Part shown: piece by piece, positions 1-9,773 of the stretch
Position numbering within the stretch: position 1 is the stretch's first letter
How the letters are laid out: the number at the start of each line of letters is the position of its first letter
Assembly: GCA_038213805.1 (NCBI GenBank)
Contig: JBBQSO010000032.1
Location: 1-52,253, forward strand
Length of the DNA stretch: 52,253 bases
Reading direction: 5' to 3'
Origin: Planctomycetota bacterium
GTDB taxonomy: Bacteria; Planctomycetota; UBA11346
Notes under the pieces: generated by a model
What the model was told of the DNA's origin: nothing
Database searches by the model: none
What the model saw: the letters and a program-made list of their open reading frames with translations, nothing else
Program-made: the position numbers and the translations under genes

Positions 1-194
1 TACTCCGGCGAGGCGCCTTACTGAAGGTGGGCGCCGCGCGTCTGGCGCGGCTGCAACGGTTGGGCTCACTCCCGGTTGCGTTGCTGTCGCGTGGGGCCCA
101 TAAAAGGCGGTCACAGGGTCCGCGCCCGGCCATTGCAGGGCAGCGCCATCCTCAACGACCGCCCCATGCCGGCGGTAGGATCTGCACGCCACCG

Positions 195-2471
195 ATGACC
201 ACCTCCGCCCTGCCCCTGACTGTCATGTTGCTGGCCGCCTCGTGCCTGGCGATGCTGGCCGCCGGCGAGAGTGCGGGCCAGCAGGTGACGCTGGTCGCAC
301 CGATGAACACCACGGTGCCCGCGGCGACCGTGCCGCCGCAGCCCGTGCGCCTCGACGCGGTGGTGATCGTGCCCGCCGACGCGCCGGGCGATCTCGGGGT
401 CGGCGCCTATGCCGCGGACGGCCAGGGACACTGGTTCCGCAGCCCGCGCACCTACGCGCTTACTCCCGGGCGCCATCAGCTGTCCTTCGACCTCGGTGAC
501 CGCGCCGCCCTCGTCCAGGAGCCTGCCCGCGAAGCGTGGACCGCCACCGCGCGTGCCCGCACCACCCGCGCCGGTCTGTTCCTGTGGTCGGCCAGCGCCA
601 GCCGTGCGCAGATCGCGGTGGAGCGCCTCGCGGTGGTCGGCGACAAGGTCCAGCCCGGTGCGCAGGTGCGCCTCACCGATCTCCGGCTCGACGGCTACGA
701 CGCCGCCCTCGGTCAGTGCCGCGCCCGCACCGGTGAACGCTGGCAGCTCAGCGTGCGTCCCGATCCCTTCCCCGCCCAGCCCTACGACGCGCAGCGCTTC
801 GCGCTGGCGGTGGTGGTCACCGGGCCGAACGGCCAGCAGTGGCGTCTGGGCGCCTTCTACCGCCAACCGCTGGACATCGTCGACCGTGGCGATCATGAGG
901 AGGGCGTGCCCAGCGCGGCTGCCGTCTATCAGGTGCGCTTCCGCCCCGAGCTGCCCGGGCGCTACCGCCTGCGCCTTGAAGCGGTGTGGGGCGGCTCCGG
1001 CGAATTCCCGCCTGCCAAGGACGCCGCGAAATCCGGGCGCACGCTCGCGTGGGATCTGCCCGACCTGCAGGTCGAGGGCGCCCCCTGGGACGACTACGTG
1101 CGCGCCGATCCGGCTGATCCGCGCTTCTTCTCGACCGGCAGCCGCATCGGGCCCGGCACCTTCTTCTGGCCGCGCGGACTCAATCTGCATTCGGTGTGGG
1201 ACGTCCGCTGCCGCGACTGCACCGGCACCAAGCTGACGCCGCACCGCCTGCTGGCCGGCTATGACGCGTATTTGCGCCGTCTGGCGGCCGGCGGCGGCAC
1301 CGCGGCCGAGATCTGGCTGTCGAGCTGGAGCCTGTGCCTGGAATGGCGCGGCGACTGGTCGGGCTTCCACGGCCCGGGCTGGTACAGCGACGAAAATGCG
1401 GAGCGGCTCGACCGCCTCCTCGACCTCGCCTACTCCCTGGGCGTGCGCATCAACCTGGTGATCAACAACCACGGCCAGGGCTCGACCAACTGCGACCGTG
1501 AGTGGGACAACAACCCGTGGAACGCCGCCATCGGTGGACCGCTGGCGCAGGCCGAGCTGTTCTTCACCGACGCCCAGGCGCTCGCCGGGCAGGAGCGCCT
1601 GCGCCGCTACATCGTGGCGCGTTGGGGCGACCACCCCGCGGTGCTGGGCTGGAAGCTGTGGAGCGAACAGAACCTGACCACCGGTGGGGGGAACCTCTTC
1701 CATTGGCACCAGGCGGCGGCGGAGCGCTGGCAGCAGCTCGACGGCGCCGGTCACGGTGTCACCACGCACTGGTCGGGCGACTACCGCGCGGCCGAGCGCC
1801 GCATCGTGCAGCTGCCTGGGCTGAACTACGTGTGCATCGACGCGTACCACGGCGGCGAAACCATGCTCGCGCAGCTGGTGTGGGACAGCGTCAACGCCCG
1901 CGACGGCCTGCGCATCTTCGGCAAGCCGGTCCTGGTCACCGAGTTCGGCGGCACCTCGGGCGCCTGCCCGCCGCCGCAGCTGCTTGCCGAGCACCACAGC
2001 GGACCTTGGGCCGGCATGGTCAGCGGCAACGCCGGTTCACCCATGCTGTGGTGGGGCGAGTGGGTCGACCAGGGCGAGCGCTGGTCGCCATATGCGGCGA
2101 TCGGCCGTTTCCTGGAAGGCGAGGACCTGCGTGGCGACAGTAAGGCGGTCGAGCTGCAGGCGCCCGGCCAGCTGTGGGTGCGCGCCTGGGCGCGGCCAGG
2201 TCGCCTGCTGGGCTACGTTCTTGACCGCGCCTGGGGCTCGTCCGGCAATCCCGCCGGCACGCTCAGCGGCCTGCGGGTGCAGGTCGGCGACGCGATCCGC
2301 GCCGGCGTCATGAACGTCGAGTGGTGGGACGCGGAGACCGGAAGGATCGTGCACACCGACCGCGTCGAGCACGCCGGCGGCCCGCTTGAGGTGGTGGTGC
2401 CGGACTTCACGAGGCACCTCGCCTTCAAGCTGATCCGCCTGCCGGACCCGCCGGCGACGGCGGTGAGGTGA
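195..2471 (+). CDS. Secreted glycoside hydrolase, clan GH-A/GH5-like TIM barrel with DUF5060-like N-terminal region
   Basis: Start moved to ATG 195, giving a signal peptide (MTTSALPLTVMLLAASCLAMLAAG). DUF5060-like segment QPYD...GAFYRQ...YQVRFRPELPGRY. GH-A motifs RYIVARWG, WKLWSE (acid/base) and VLVTEFGG (nucleophile). C-terminal beta-sandwich VEWWDAETG. Confidence 0.7.
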   Translation: MTTSALPLTVMLLAASCLAMLAAGESAGQQVTLVAPMNTTVPAATVPPQPVRLDAVVIVPADAPGDLGVGAYAADGQGHWFRSPRTYALTPGRHQLSFDLGDRAALVQEPAREAWTATARARTTRAGLFLWSASASRAQIAVERLAVVGDKVQPGAQVRLTDLRLDGYDAALGQCRARTGERWQLSVRPDPFPAQPYDAQRFALAVVVTGPNGQQWRLGAFYRQPLDIVDRGDHEEGVPSAAAVYQVRFRPELPGRYRLRLEAVWGGSGEFPPAKDAAKSGRTLAWDLPDLQVEGAPWDDYVRADPADPRFFSTGSRIGPGTFFWPRGLNLHSVWDVRCRDCTGTKLTPHRLLAGYDAYLRRLAAGGGTAAEIWLSSWSLCLEWRGDWSGFHGPGWYSDENAERLDRLLDLAYSLGVRINLVINNHGQGSTNCDREWDNNPWNAAIGGPLAQAELFFTDAQALAGQERLRRYIVARWGDHPAVLGWKLWSEQNLTTGGGNLFHWHQAAAERWQQLDGAGHGVTTHWSGDYRAAERRIVQLPGLNYVCIDAYHGGETMLAQLVWDSVNARDGLRIFGKPVLVTEFGGTSGACPPPQLLAEHHSGPWAGMVSGNAGSPMLWWGEWVDQGERWSPYAAIGRFLEGEDLRGDSKAVELQAPGQLWVRAWARPGRLLGYVLDRAWGSSGNPAGTLSGLRVQVGDAIRAGVMNVEWWDAETGRIVHTDRVEHAGGPLEVVVPDFTRHLAFKLIRLPDPPATAVR

Positions 2472-2485
2472 GGTGAAGTGAGAGG

Positions 2486-2689
2486 GTCCGGAAGTCCGGA
2501 AGTCGGAGGTCCGGAAGTCCGGAAGTCGGAGACCACATCCGTGCGGCATGCGGGGCGCTATCACCAACTCGGGTAAGCGCTTTCGGTAGTGACGCTGTTC
2601 GCGCCGTTGCGGGGAGCGACCGCGCGGATCAGGGATTCGTTTCCGGTTCCACGGGACTTCCGGACTTCCGGACTTCCGGACCTCCGGAC
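2486..2689. repeat. Fold-back element, GTCCGGAA octamer family, copy 1
   Basis: Left arm 2486-2531 is [GTCCGGAA GTCCGGAA GTCGGAG]x2. Right arm 2654-2689 is GGAC (TTCCGGAC)3 CTCCGGAC. Unique spacer of about 120 bp. Preceded by (GTGAR)4 at 2463-2482. Confidence 0.95.
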
Positions 2690-3096
2690 AATTTCTCCAG
2701 GCCGCTGCGGATCTCCGGGGGCAGCGGTACGCTCTCGCCCAGGTCGCGGTCGACGCAGGCGTGGACCTGCTTCATCGACGCGGCGAGCACCGTCTGGCCC
2801 TTGCCGGGGATGGCGAGGTCGATGGCGATGGTGTAGCTGCTGCTGCCGATGCGCGCGCAGCGCACGGTGATATGCACGTCCTCGCCGTGGCGCAGGGGGT
2901 GCTTGAAATCAGATTCGCTGTGCACCAGGGGCAGCAGGTGGCCGCGGTCGTTGATCAGCTTGGCCAGACTCAGGCCGGCTTCGGCCAGGGCCAGTTCGTA
3001 GGCCTCGTGGGCGATCGCGACCAGGCGGGCGAAGAACACCACTCCCGCCGCGTCGACGTCGTTGAGCAGGATGCGGCGCGTGCAGGTATAGGGCAT
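2629..3096 (-). CDS. Hotdog-fold acyl-CoA thioesterase (4HBT family; resembles DHNA-CoA hydrolase)
   Basis: DVDAAGVVFFA...HEAYE motif, LPLVHSESDFKHPLRHGE, and SVPLPPE near the C-terminus. Confidence 0.85.
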   Translation of the reverse strand: MPYTCTRRILLNDVDAAGVVFFARLVAIAHEAYELALAEAGLSLAKLINDRGHLLPLVHSESDFKHPLRHGEDVHITVRCARIGSSSYTIAIDLAIPGKGQTVLAASMKQVHACVDRDLGESVPLPPEIRSGLEKLSGGPEVRKSGSPVEPETNP

Positions 3097-3159
3097 GCCT
3101 CAGCCTACCCGGCGGATTACCGGTGGCCAAGGGGCGAGTCGTGCGTGTCATGCGCGGCC

Positions 3160-4383
3160 ATGCCCTTCCTGCGCCGCTTCGCCGCCTTGGTGGCGCTGGC
3201 CATCGCCCTGGCCTTGCCGACCCGCCTCGACGCGCATCCCCTGGTGACCATCCGCATCGACGCGGTCGCCGATGGCGACACCGTCACCATCACCGTCACT
3301 GCCGAGCAGATCGACATCGCCGCGGTCATGGAGCCGCCGTCGACGGTGCTGCGTGACCGCGCGCACCTCGAGGCGCTGATGCCGCGCATCGGCGAATACC
3401 TGCGCACGCGCGTGACCTTCGCAGCGGATGGCAGGCTTCAGCCGGGGACATTCCTCGCCTATGGGCCGGAGCTGCTCCATCCCGGCGCCTGGAAGCCCGG
3501 CGACCCGGTGCCGCGCAGCCTCGAATTCCTGCTGTCATGTCCGCTGCCGGCGGGAACCGCCGACGTCGTCATCACCACCAAGGCCTTCGTCGAGCTGGGC
3601 AGTCCAGTGATCGGCATCGTCACCCTGCACGTCGGCGGCAAAGGTCTGCGCACGACGTTGGGTAGCGATGGTGTGGCTGCATTCCATGTGCCGGGCGCGC
3701 CAGCTGCGGGGTCGGTGGTGCCGCCGCCGCAGGAAGGTGGGAATGACAGGCAGATGGGCGCGTCCACGGCGGCGCCGGTCAAACCTGCCCCCACCAGCGG
3801 AGATGCGGAGGAGATCATCACGACGCCCGCGTCCGCCTTCGGCTTCATCCTGCTCGGCTTCAGGCACATCGTTCCCGAGGGCCTCGACCACATCTGTTTC
3901 GTGCTTGGCCTGTTCCTGCTTTCGCCGCGTCTGCGCCCGCTGCTCATCCAGATCACCGCGTTCACCGTCGCGCACTCGGTCACCTTGGCTCTGGCCATGG
4001 GTGGCGTGGTCACCATGGGCGGACGCATCGTCGAAGCGCTGATCGCGCTGTCGATCGTCGCCGTCGCGGTTGAGAACGTCTGTACGCGCGAGCTCCGGCC
4101 GTGGCGGTGGGTGGTGGTGTTCTGCTTCGGACTGATCCACGGTCTCGGTTTCGCTGGCTCCTTCGCCGGGCTCAAGCTCGCGCCCGGCGACTTCATCCGC
4201 CCGCTGGTGTGCCTCAACATCGGCGTTGAACTCGGGCAGCTGACCGTGGTCGCGACGGCGGCTGCGGTGACGGTGTGGTTCTGGAGGAAGCCGTGGTACC
4301 GCAAGGCCATCACCATCCCGGCGAGCGTGCTGATCGCACTGGTCGGGGTGTATTGGGTGTGCCAGCGGATGTTCGGGGCCTAG
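3160..4383 (+). CDS. HupE/UreJ family membrane protein with N-terminal extracytoplasmic domain
   Basis: Start moved to ATG 3160, giving a signal peptide ending LDA-HP. Motifs GFRHIVPEGLDHICF, ITAFTVAHSVTL, FGLIHGLGFA and NIGVELGQL. Confidence 0.88.
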   Translation: MPFLRRFAALVALAIALALPTRLDAHPLVTIRIDAVADGDTVTITVTAEQIDIAAVMEPPSTVLRDRAHLEALMPRIGEYLRTRVTFAADGRLQPGTFLAYGPELLHPGAWKPGDPVPRSLEFLLSCPLPAGTADVVITTKAFVELGSPVIGIVTLHVGGKGLRTTLGSDGVAAFHVPGAPAAGSVVPPPQEGGNDRQMGASTAAPVKPAPTSGDAEEIITTPASAFGFILLGFRHIVPEGLDHICFVLGLFLLSPRLRPLLIQITAFTVAHSVTLALAMGGVVTMGGRIVEALIALSIVAVAVENVCTRELRPWRWVVVFCFGLIHGLGFAGSFAGLKLAPGDFIRPLVCLNIGVELGQLTVVATAAAVTVWFWRKPWYRKAITIPASVLIALVGVYWVCQRMFGA

Positions 4384-4455
4384 CCGCGGGTCATTGCGGT
4401 CGGTTGATGTGAACGCGGAAAGCAACATATCTTGCCAAGTTTGCGGTAGCGTCCT

Positions 4456-4467
4456 TGTACGTACATT
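4456..4467 (+). promoter_or_regulatory. Palindrome TGTACGTACA overlapping a -10-like TACATT; probable antitoxin operator and leaderless promoter
   Basis: Perfect 10-bp palindrome at 4456-4465. TACATT at 4462-4467 lies 6 nt before the toxin ATG (4474), and there is no SD. Confidence 0.55.
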
Positions 4468-4473
4468 GTAGAT

Positions 4474-4773
4474 ATGTCAGAAGACCGTCTCGCTTTCACG
4501 TGCGACCCTGCCAAGGATGTGGAGAACGAGTGCAAACACGGTGTCCAATTCGCGGAGGCGGTCTCGGTCTTCTCCGTTGATCGCGCGCGTCTCATCGACG
4601 ACCCTGATCATTCGGACCAGGAAGAGCGACTGATCATCATGGGTATTTCCGCACGGCTCCGGATCCTGATGGTTTGTCATTGCCACCGTGAGGATCACCA
4701 CGAGATCCGCATCATATCCGCCAGGAAGGCGACACGGAGCGAAGGTATGCACTACGGCAGGAGAAAGCCATGA
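4474..4773 (+). CDS. brnT: BrnT-family toxin (type II TA)
   Basis: 99 aa with F(T)CDPAK...N..KHGVQF.EA..VF, DPDHSDQEERL..MG and IRIISARKAT..E...Y. Confidence 0.88.
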   Translation: MSEDRLAFTCDPAKDVENECKHGVQFAEAVSVFSVDRARLIDDPDHSDQEERLIIMGISARLRILMVCHCHREDHHEIRIISARKATRSEGMHYGRRKP

Positions 4774-4979
4774 GGCCGGAATATGATTTTACTGACGCGC
4801 GACCCAATCCCTACGCCAAGCGCCTGAAGAAGTCGATCACCATCCGTCTCGATCCGGATGCCCTGGACTACTTCAAGAAGACGGCCGCGCGCATCGGCAT
4901 GCCCTACCAGACGTTGATCAACCTGTACCTCAAGGACTGTGCGCGAAAGCGGCGCAAGCCGGAGCTGTCCTGGTCATAG
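4770..4979 (+). CDS. brnA: BrnA-family / RHH antitoxin
   Basis: MRPEYDF...NPYAKRLKKSITIRLD...LDYFK...GMPYQTLIN.YL. ATGA overlap with the toxin stop. Confidence 0.88.
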   Translation: MRPEYDFTDARPNPYAKRLKKSITIRLDPDALDYFKKTAARIGMPYQTLINLYLKDCARKRRKPELSWS

Positions 4980-5079
4980 GGGAACTCATTAGAGTCGGGA
5001 GCGTCGCTCACCGTGAAGGCGATCGAGGCTCCGCCCACGCGCCCCTTGCGCCGCCCCCGACCCGCCCAACCCTGCCTGC

Positions 5080-7293
5080 GTGACCGAGCCCGCCGCCACT
5101 GCACCCGTTGCCGCGACCCTGGCCCTCGCCGAGGTCGCCCTCGACTGCCCGGGCCGGGAGTCGTACAGCTACCGCGTGCCCGACCATCTGGTCACGGAGC
5201 TCGCGCCCGGCGACTGCGTGACCGTACCGTTCGGCCCGCGTACCCTGCGCGGCTTCGTGTTGACGGTTGGCCAGCGTGAGCCGCCAGCGGGCATCCGCCT
5301 GCGCGACATTGTCGAGCGTCGCGCCGGCGTGCGCGTGCCGGCGCACCTGCTGCGCCTGATCCAGTGGGGCGCGCGCTACTACCGCTGCTCACTTGGCGAG
5401 TTCCTGGCCGGGGCGGTGCCGGCGCCGGTGCGCGAAGGAACCTCGATGGAGCGCCTGCGCTTCGTCGAGAAGGACGCGGCCTTCGCCGGCAAGCTGACCG
5501 CGCGCCAGGCGGCGGTGCTGGCGGCGCTGCCGGCGGAGCCGCTCGCGCTGGCCGAGGCCTGCCGGCTGACGGACACCGACCGCGCGATGTTCGAGCGCCT
5601 CGCCACCGCCGGCGCGGTGCGCCTGCGCGACCAGCACGAGATCCAGGAGATCCGCCTGGAGGTGCGCGCCGAGCGCCACCCCCTGACCGACGAGCAGCAG
5701 GTCGCGGTGGCGGCGGTGGCGGTGGCGCTCGACGCCGGGCGGCACCAGCCTTTCCTGCTCTATGGCGTGACCGGGTCGGGCAAGACCCTGGTCTACCTCG
5801 AGCTGGCCGAGCGCGTCATCGCCGCCGGCAAGCAGGTGCTGCTGCTGCTGCCCGAGATCGCGTTGACCCCGCAGCTGGCGGCGCGCGTGCGCATGCGCTT
5901 CGCGCGCGTCGCGGTGTGGCATTCCGGCTTCACCGACGGCGAGCGCGCCGAGCTGTGGCGTCGCATCCATGCCGGCGAACTCGACTTGGTGGTAGGCACG
6001 CGTTCGGCGCTGTTCGCGCCGCTGCCGGCGCCGGGCCTGATCATCGTCGACGAGGAGCACGAGCAGTCCTACAAGCAGGAGAGCGTGCCGCGCTACCACG
6101 CGCGCGATCTGGCGGTGGTCTACGCCGGACAGCTCGGCATCCCGATCCTGATGGGCTCGGCGACGCCGGCGCTGGAGAGCGTGCACAATGGCCGCTCCGG
6201 CAAATACACCGTGCTGCAGCTGCGCAACCGCCCGCTCGGCGGCAAGCTGCCTGCGCCGCTGCTGATCGACATGCGCGCGGAGTGCCACGCGCAGAAGCGC
6301 GCGGCGACCATCAGTCGAGAACTGATCGAGCGGCTGCGCGCGGTGCGCGAGAAGGGCGAGCAGGCGATCATCCTGCTCAATCGCCGCGGCTGGAGTCCGG
6401 TGGTCAGCTGCCAGGCCTGCGGCAACACGCTGATGTGCCGCAACTGCGATATCAGCATGACCTACCACAAGGGCGCCGGGCAGGTGCGCTGCCATTACTG
6501 CGGCGATCAGGCGCCGCTGCCGAAGCGCTGCCCGGCGTGCAGCCAGGACACCCTGACCACGCAGGGCCTGGGCACCGAGCAGCTCGCTGCGCAGCTGGTG
6601 GTCGAGATCCCGGAACTCAAGCTGCTGCGCGTCGACGCCGACACCGTCAACGAGCGCCAGGGCCACGCCAAACTCTTCCAGGCCTTCGCACGCGGTGAGG
6701 CGGAATGCCTGGTGGGCACCCAGATGGTCGCCAAAGGCCTGGATTTTCCGCGCGTGACCCTGGTCGGGATCATCGCCGCCGACCGCGGTCTGGCGATCCC
6801 GGAATTCCGCGCCGCCGAGCGCACGTTTCAACTGGTCGCGCAGGTCGCCGGCCGTGCCGGCCGCGGTGAGCGCCCCGGCGTGGTGGTGGTGCAGGCTTTC
6901 GATACCGAGGCCCTGCCGCTGCAGTGCGCACTGCACCACCGGCCGAAGACCTTCTTCGATGCGGAGCTGCGCCTGCGCGAGGAGTACGGCTACCCGCCTT
7001 ACGCCGGCCTGGTGCGCGTGCTGTGGAGCGGCGAGTCCGCGGCCGCGGTGCAGCTGCTCGCCACTGCGCATGGCGAACGCCTGCGCGCGGCGTCAGCGGG
7101 GTGCACGATCCTCGGTCCGAATCCGGCCAGCCTCGCCTTCCTCAAGGGGCAGCACCGCTGGCACGCGCTGATCAAGGCGCCGAGCCGCGGGGCGGCGCAG
7201 GGTTTCCTCGATCGGCTGACGGCGGCGGGCGGGTTGGAGAAGAAGAACGGGGTGCACGTGGCGATCGATGTGGATCCGTTCGTGACGTCGTGA
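5080..7293 (+). CDS. priA: Primosomal protein N' (replication restart helicase)
   Basis: GVTGSGKT, LLLPEIALTPQ, DEEH, SATP, LNRRG, four CxxC zinc ligands, GTQMVAKGLDFP, QVAGRAGR, YPPY and IDVDP. Confidence 0.97.
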   Translation: MTEPAATAPVAATLALAEVALDCPGRESYSYRVPDHLVTELAPGDCVTVPFGPRTLRGFVLTVGQREPPAGIRLRDIVERRAGVRVPAHLLRLIQWGARYYRCSLGEFLAGAVPAPVREGTSMERLRFVEKDAAFAGKLTARQAAVLAALPAEPLALAEACRLTDTDRAMFERLATAGAVRLRDQHEIQEIRLEVRAERHPLTDEQQVAVAAVAVALDAGRHQPFLLYGVTGSGKTLVYLELAERVIAAGKQVLLLLPEIALTPQLAARVRMRFARVAVWHSGFTDGERAELWRRIHAGELDLVVGTRSALFAPLPAPGLIIVDEEHEQSYKQESVPRYHARDLAVVYAGQLGIPILMGSATPALESVHNGRSGKYTVLQLRNRPLGGKLPAPLLIDMRAECHAQKRAATISRELIERLRAVREKGEQAIILLNRRGWSPVVSCQACGNTLMCRNCDISMTYHKGAGQVRCHYCGDQAPLPKRCPACSQDTLTTQGLGTEQLAAQLVVEIPELKLLRVDADTVNERQGHAKLFQAFARGEAECLVGTQMVAKGLDFPRVTLVGIIAADRGLAIPEFRAAERTFQLVAQVAGRAGRGERPGVVVVQAFDTEALPLQCALHHRPKTFFDAELRLREEYGYPPYAGLVRVLWSGESAAAVQLLATAHGERLRAASAGCTILGPNPASLAFLKGQHRWHALIKAPSRGAAQGFLDRLTAAGGLEKKNGVHVAIDVDPFVTS

Positions 7294-7355
7294 GGGGGAC
7301 GGTAGACCCGAGACTCTAATCGCGAGACGTGCGACGCGAGATTGCGAGAGCGCGG

Positions 7356-7397
7356 GAGAAAATAGACAGCCTCCGATCCGGGGGATCGGAGGCTGTC
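7356..7397 (-). terminator. Intrinsic terminator (15-bp perfect stem) between convergent priA and the EF-hand gene
   Basis: GACAGCCTCCGATCC-GGG-GGATCGGAGGCTGTC at 7365-7397, followed on the minus strand by TATTTTCTC. Confidence 0.8.
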
Positions 7398-7426
7398 GCG
7401 ATGCTCTCAGCCGTGTGGTTGGCGGT

Positions 7427-7993
7427 TCAGTTGCCGGTGGGAGGCGTCGGTGGGTGCTTGCCACCGGGGTGCGGCATGGCCTTCAGTGCGGCGGCGAACT
7501 CGGCCGCGTTGAGTTTACCGTCGCCATCGCTGTCGGCGGCGGCGAAGGCCTTCCCGGCCATCTGATCCGGGTTCGGGCGGTTGGCGTCCTTGGCTCCGGC
7601 GGGACCGGCGTCCGTGCCGCCGTCGACCGCCGGAGGTTCGTGCGGGGGGTGGTGCGCGCCAGGACCGCCGCCCTGGGGTGGCGGGGGATGGTGGCCCGCA
7701 TCGCCGCCGGGGGGCGGCGGCGGACGATGGCCCGCATCCCCGCCGGGCGATGCTGGCGGGGGGCCGCCGGCGTCGTCGCCGGGGTGCGGAGGATGGTGGC
7801 CCTTGGCGCGGGCCTCATGCAGGGCGGCAAGGCCGGTCTTGAACTCGTCGAGGCTGATGCTGGCGTCACCGTTGGTGTCGAACTTGGCGAACAGCGCCGC
7901 CGGATCGGGCGGAGTCGGGTGGTCGGCGGCGCGGACCAGGCCGGGCAGCAGGCACAGGCTGCCGAGCAGGGCGCGGGTCAAGGAACGGGTCAT
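7427..7993 (-). CDS. Secreted EF-hand protein with His/Pro/Gly-rich repeat linker
   Basis: Signal peptide ending VRA-A. EF loops DTNGDASISLDE and DSDGDGKLNAAE. SD-like AGGAG upstream. Confidence 0.8.
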   Translation of the reverse strand: MTRSLTRALLGSLCLLPGLVRAADHPTPPDPAALFAKFDTNGDASISLDEFKTGLAALHEARAKGHHPPHPGDDAGGPPPASPGGDAGHRPPPPPGGDAGHHPPPPQGGGPGAHHPPHEPPAVDGGTDAGPAGAKDANRPNPDQMAGKAFAAADSDGDGKLNAAEFAAALKAMPHPGGKHPPTPPTGN

Positions 7994-8177
7994 GGCAGGC
8001 TCCTGGAGGGATGTCGGGCCGTATGGTCCAGCACCGGTTGATGGGGCAGTCTACCTCGGGGTGATGCCGGTTGCTTGACGGGCCCAGGGGATTCCCTCCT
8101 TGCCTTGGCGCGCGCCCGTCGCAGCTTTTTCCCGCGCTGCTGGACGACCCCGCGGCGCGCTTCCCGTGAGGACTTCC

Positions 8178-9323
8178 ATGAGCATCGACGACTTCAAGGC
8201 CCTGGTCAGCGGCATCGAGGCCCAGGCCGGCTACCAGCGCCCGGCGGCGTTCGCCCTTGGTCTGGCCAGCTATGCCAGCGCCGATCCGGCGAAGCCGGGC
8301 ATGCCCGGGACGCGCATCCTCGACACCTGGTACCCGGCGCCCAACAAGGACGAGAACTTCGGCTCGGCGGCGATCCTCGCGTCGCTGGTCGGGCACCTCT
8401 CCGGCGCGCGCACCTACGCGCTCGAGCCCGCGCAGCTCGACCTCGCGCTGGCGCACTTCGCGCCTTTCCGCGGTGACGGCAAGCTGCACCCGAACATCGA
8501 GGCGCTGGCCGCGCTGCGCGAGTACGTGCGCGGGGCCGACGCCGCCGCGCTGGTACCGCGACGCGTGGTGGTGACCTTCATCGGCGACCTCGCGCAGAAG
8601 CCGCTCGATGCGCACGACGTCTACCTACGGCTGCACCTGCTCTCAACGCGCAAGGTGAAGCCGCACGGGCAGAACCTGGACGGCGTGTTCAGCCTGCTCA
8701 GCAACGTGGTGTGGAGCAGCCACGGCCCCTTCGACCCGGAGCAGTTCGAGGGCATGCGGCTGCGCCTGCGCGCGCGCGGCCTGACGGTCAGCGTGCACTC
8801 CGTCGACAAGTTCCCGCGTATGACCGACTACGTGGTGCCGACCGGCGTGCGCATCGCCGACGCCGACCGCGTGCGCCTCGGTGCGCACCTGGCGGAGGGC
8901 ACCACGATCATGCACGAGAGTTTCGTGAACTTCAACGCCGGCACCCTCGGTAAGGCCATGGTTGAGGGCCGCATCAGCGCTGGCGTGGTGGTCGGCGATG
9001 GCTCCGACATTGGCGGCGGCGCGTCGATAATGGGCACGCTGTCGGGCGGAGGAAAGCAGGTCATCGCCATCGGCAAGGGCAGCCTGCTGGGCGCCAACGC
9101 CGGCCTGGGCATCAGCCTCGGCGACGGCTGCACGGTCGAGTCGGGTCTCTACATCACCGCCGGCGCGAAGGTGAAGATGGTGCCGAGCGGTGACGTGGTC
9201 AAAGCCGTCACCCTCAGCGGCGTCGACGACCTGCTGTTCCGCCGCAACAGCCAGACCGGCGCCATCGAGGTGATCAATAAGAAAGCCGAGGGCGGGCTCA
9301 ACGCGGCGCTGCACAGCAACTGA
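8178..9323 (+). CDS. dapD: Tetrahydrodipicolinate N-succinyltransferase (long, Pseudomonas/actinobacterial type)
   Basis: [61 protein letters not shown] and FRRNS. Start placed at ATG 8178 after GAGGA. Confidence 0.95.
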   Translation: MSIDDFKALVSGIEAQAGYQRPAAFALGLASYASADPAKPGMPGTRILDTWYPAPNKDENFGSAAILASLVGHLSGARTYALEPAQLDLALAHFAPFRGDGKLHPNIEALAALREYVRGADAAALVPRRVVVTFIGDLAQKPLDAHDVYLRLHLLSTRKVKPHGQNLDGVFSLLSNVVWSSHGPFDPEQFEGMRLRLRARGLTVSVHSVDKFPRMTDYVVPTGVRIADADRVRLGAHLAEGTTIMHESFVNFNAGTLGKAMVEGRISAGVVVGDGSDIGGGASIMGTLSGGGKQVIAIGKGSLLGANAGLGISLGDGCTVESGLYITAGAKVKMVPSGDVVKAVTLSGVDDLLFRRNSQTGAIEVINKKAEGGLNAALHSN

Positions 9324-9419
9324 CGGCGGCCCGTGGCGCATGGGACGCGCGCCACGGCTACGGCTGGTGGGCGAGGTGGTCAACCCGGTCCGGCGTCGTT
9401 CTTCGCGCAGGTCAGCTCG

Positions 9420-9713
9420 TCAGTCGACCCGAGTCGCGATGATGTCGACGCGCCCGCCGGAAAGCAGGATCGGGCATTCCCGCAGCAGGGCGGCCACCTC
9501 GTCGACGCTCTCGGCGGTGAAGATGAAATATCCGCCTGCCGCGCTGCTCGCGGTCATGCGCCCCTGCTGGTCGAGTCCGGTGCGCGCACCGAGGGCGGAG
9601 CCGCCGGAAAAGCGGCCCGAAGCTTCGGCCAGGGTGAAGAAGCGCTCCCAATCGGCGGCGCTCTGTTCGCCGGGTCCAGGGTAGTTCAGCACCAGGTAGC
9701 GGGTCTTCGCCAT
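9420..9713 (-). CDS. YciI-related protein
   Basis: About 97 aa with W..F...L...G....G.AL and GGYFIFTAESVDEV..L...CP....GG.V.I pattern. Start moved to ATG 9713. Confidence 0.7.
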   Translation of the reverse strand: MAKTRYLVLNYPGPGEQSAADWERFFTLAEASGRFSGGSALGARTGLDQQGRMTASSAAGGYFIFTAESVDEVAALLRECPILLSGGRVDIIATRVD

Positions 9714-9773
9714 GGGTCCATTCCAGCGCCGCGGCGGTGGTTGTCGAGGATCGCCGGGCAACGCCGACGAACG

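Noticed and set aside
2486..2689. Repeat-spacer structure as a CRISPR or guide-RNA array
   Set aside because: There is a single spacer per locus, the arms are inverted 7-8-nt tandem units, and no cas genes are present.
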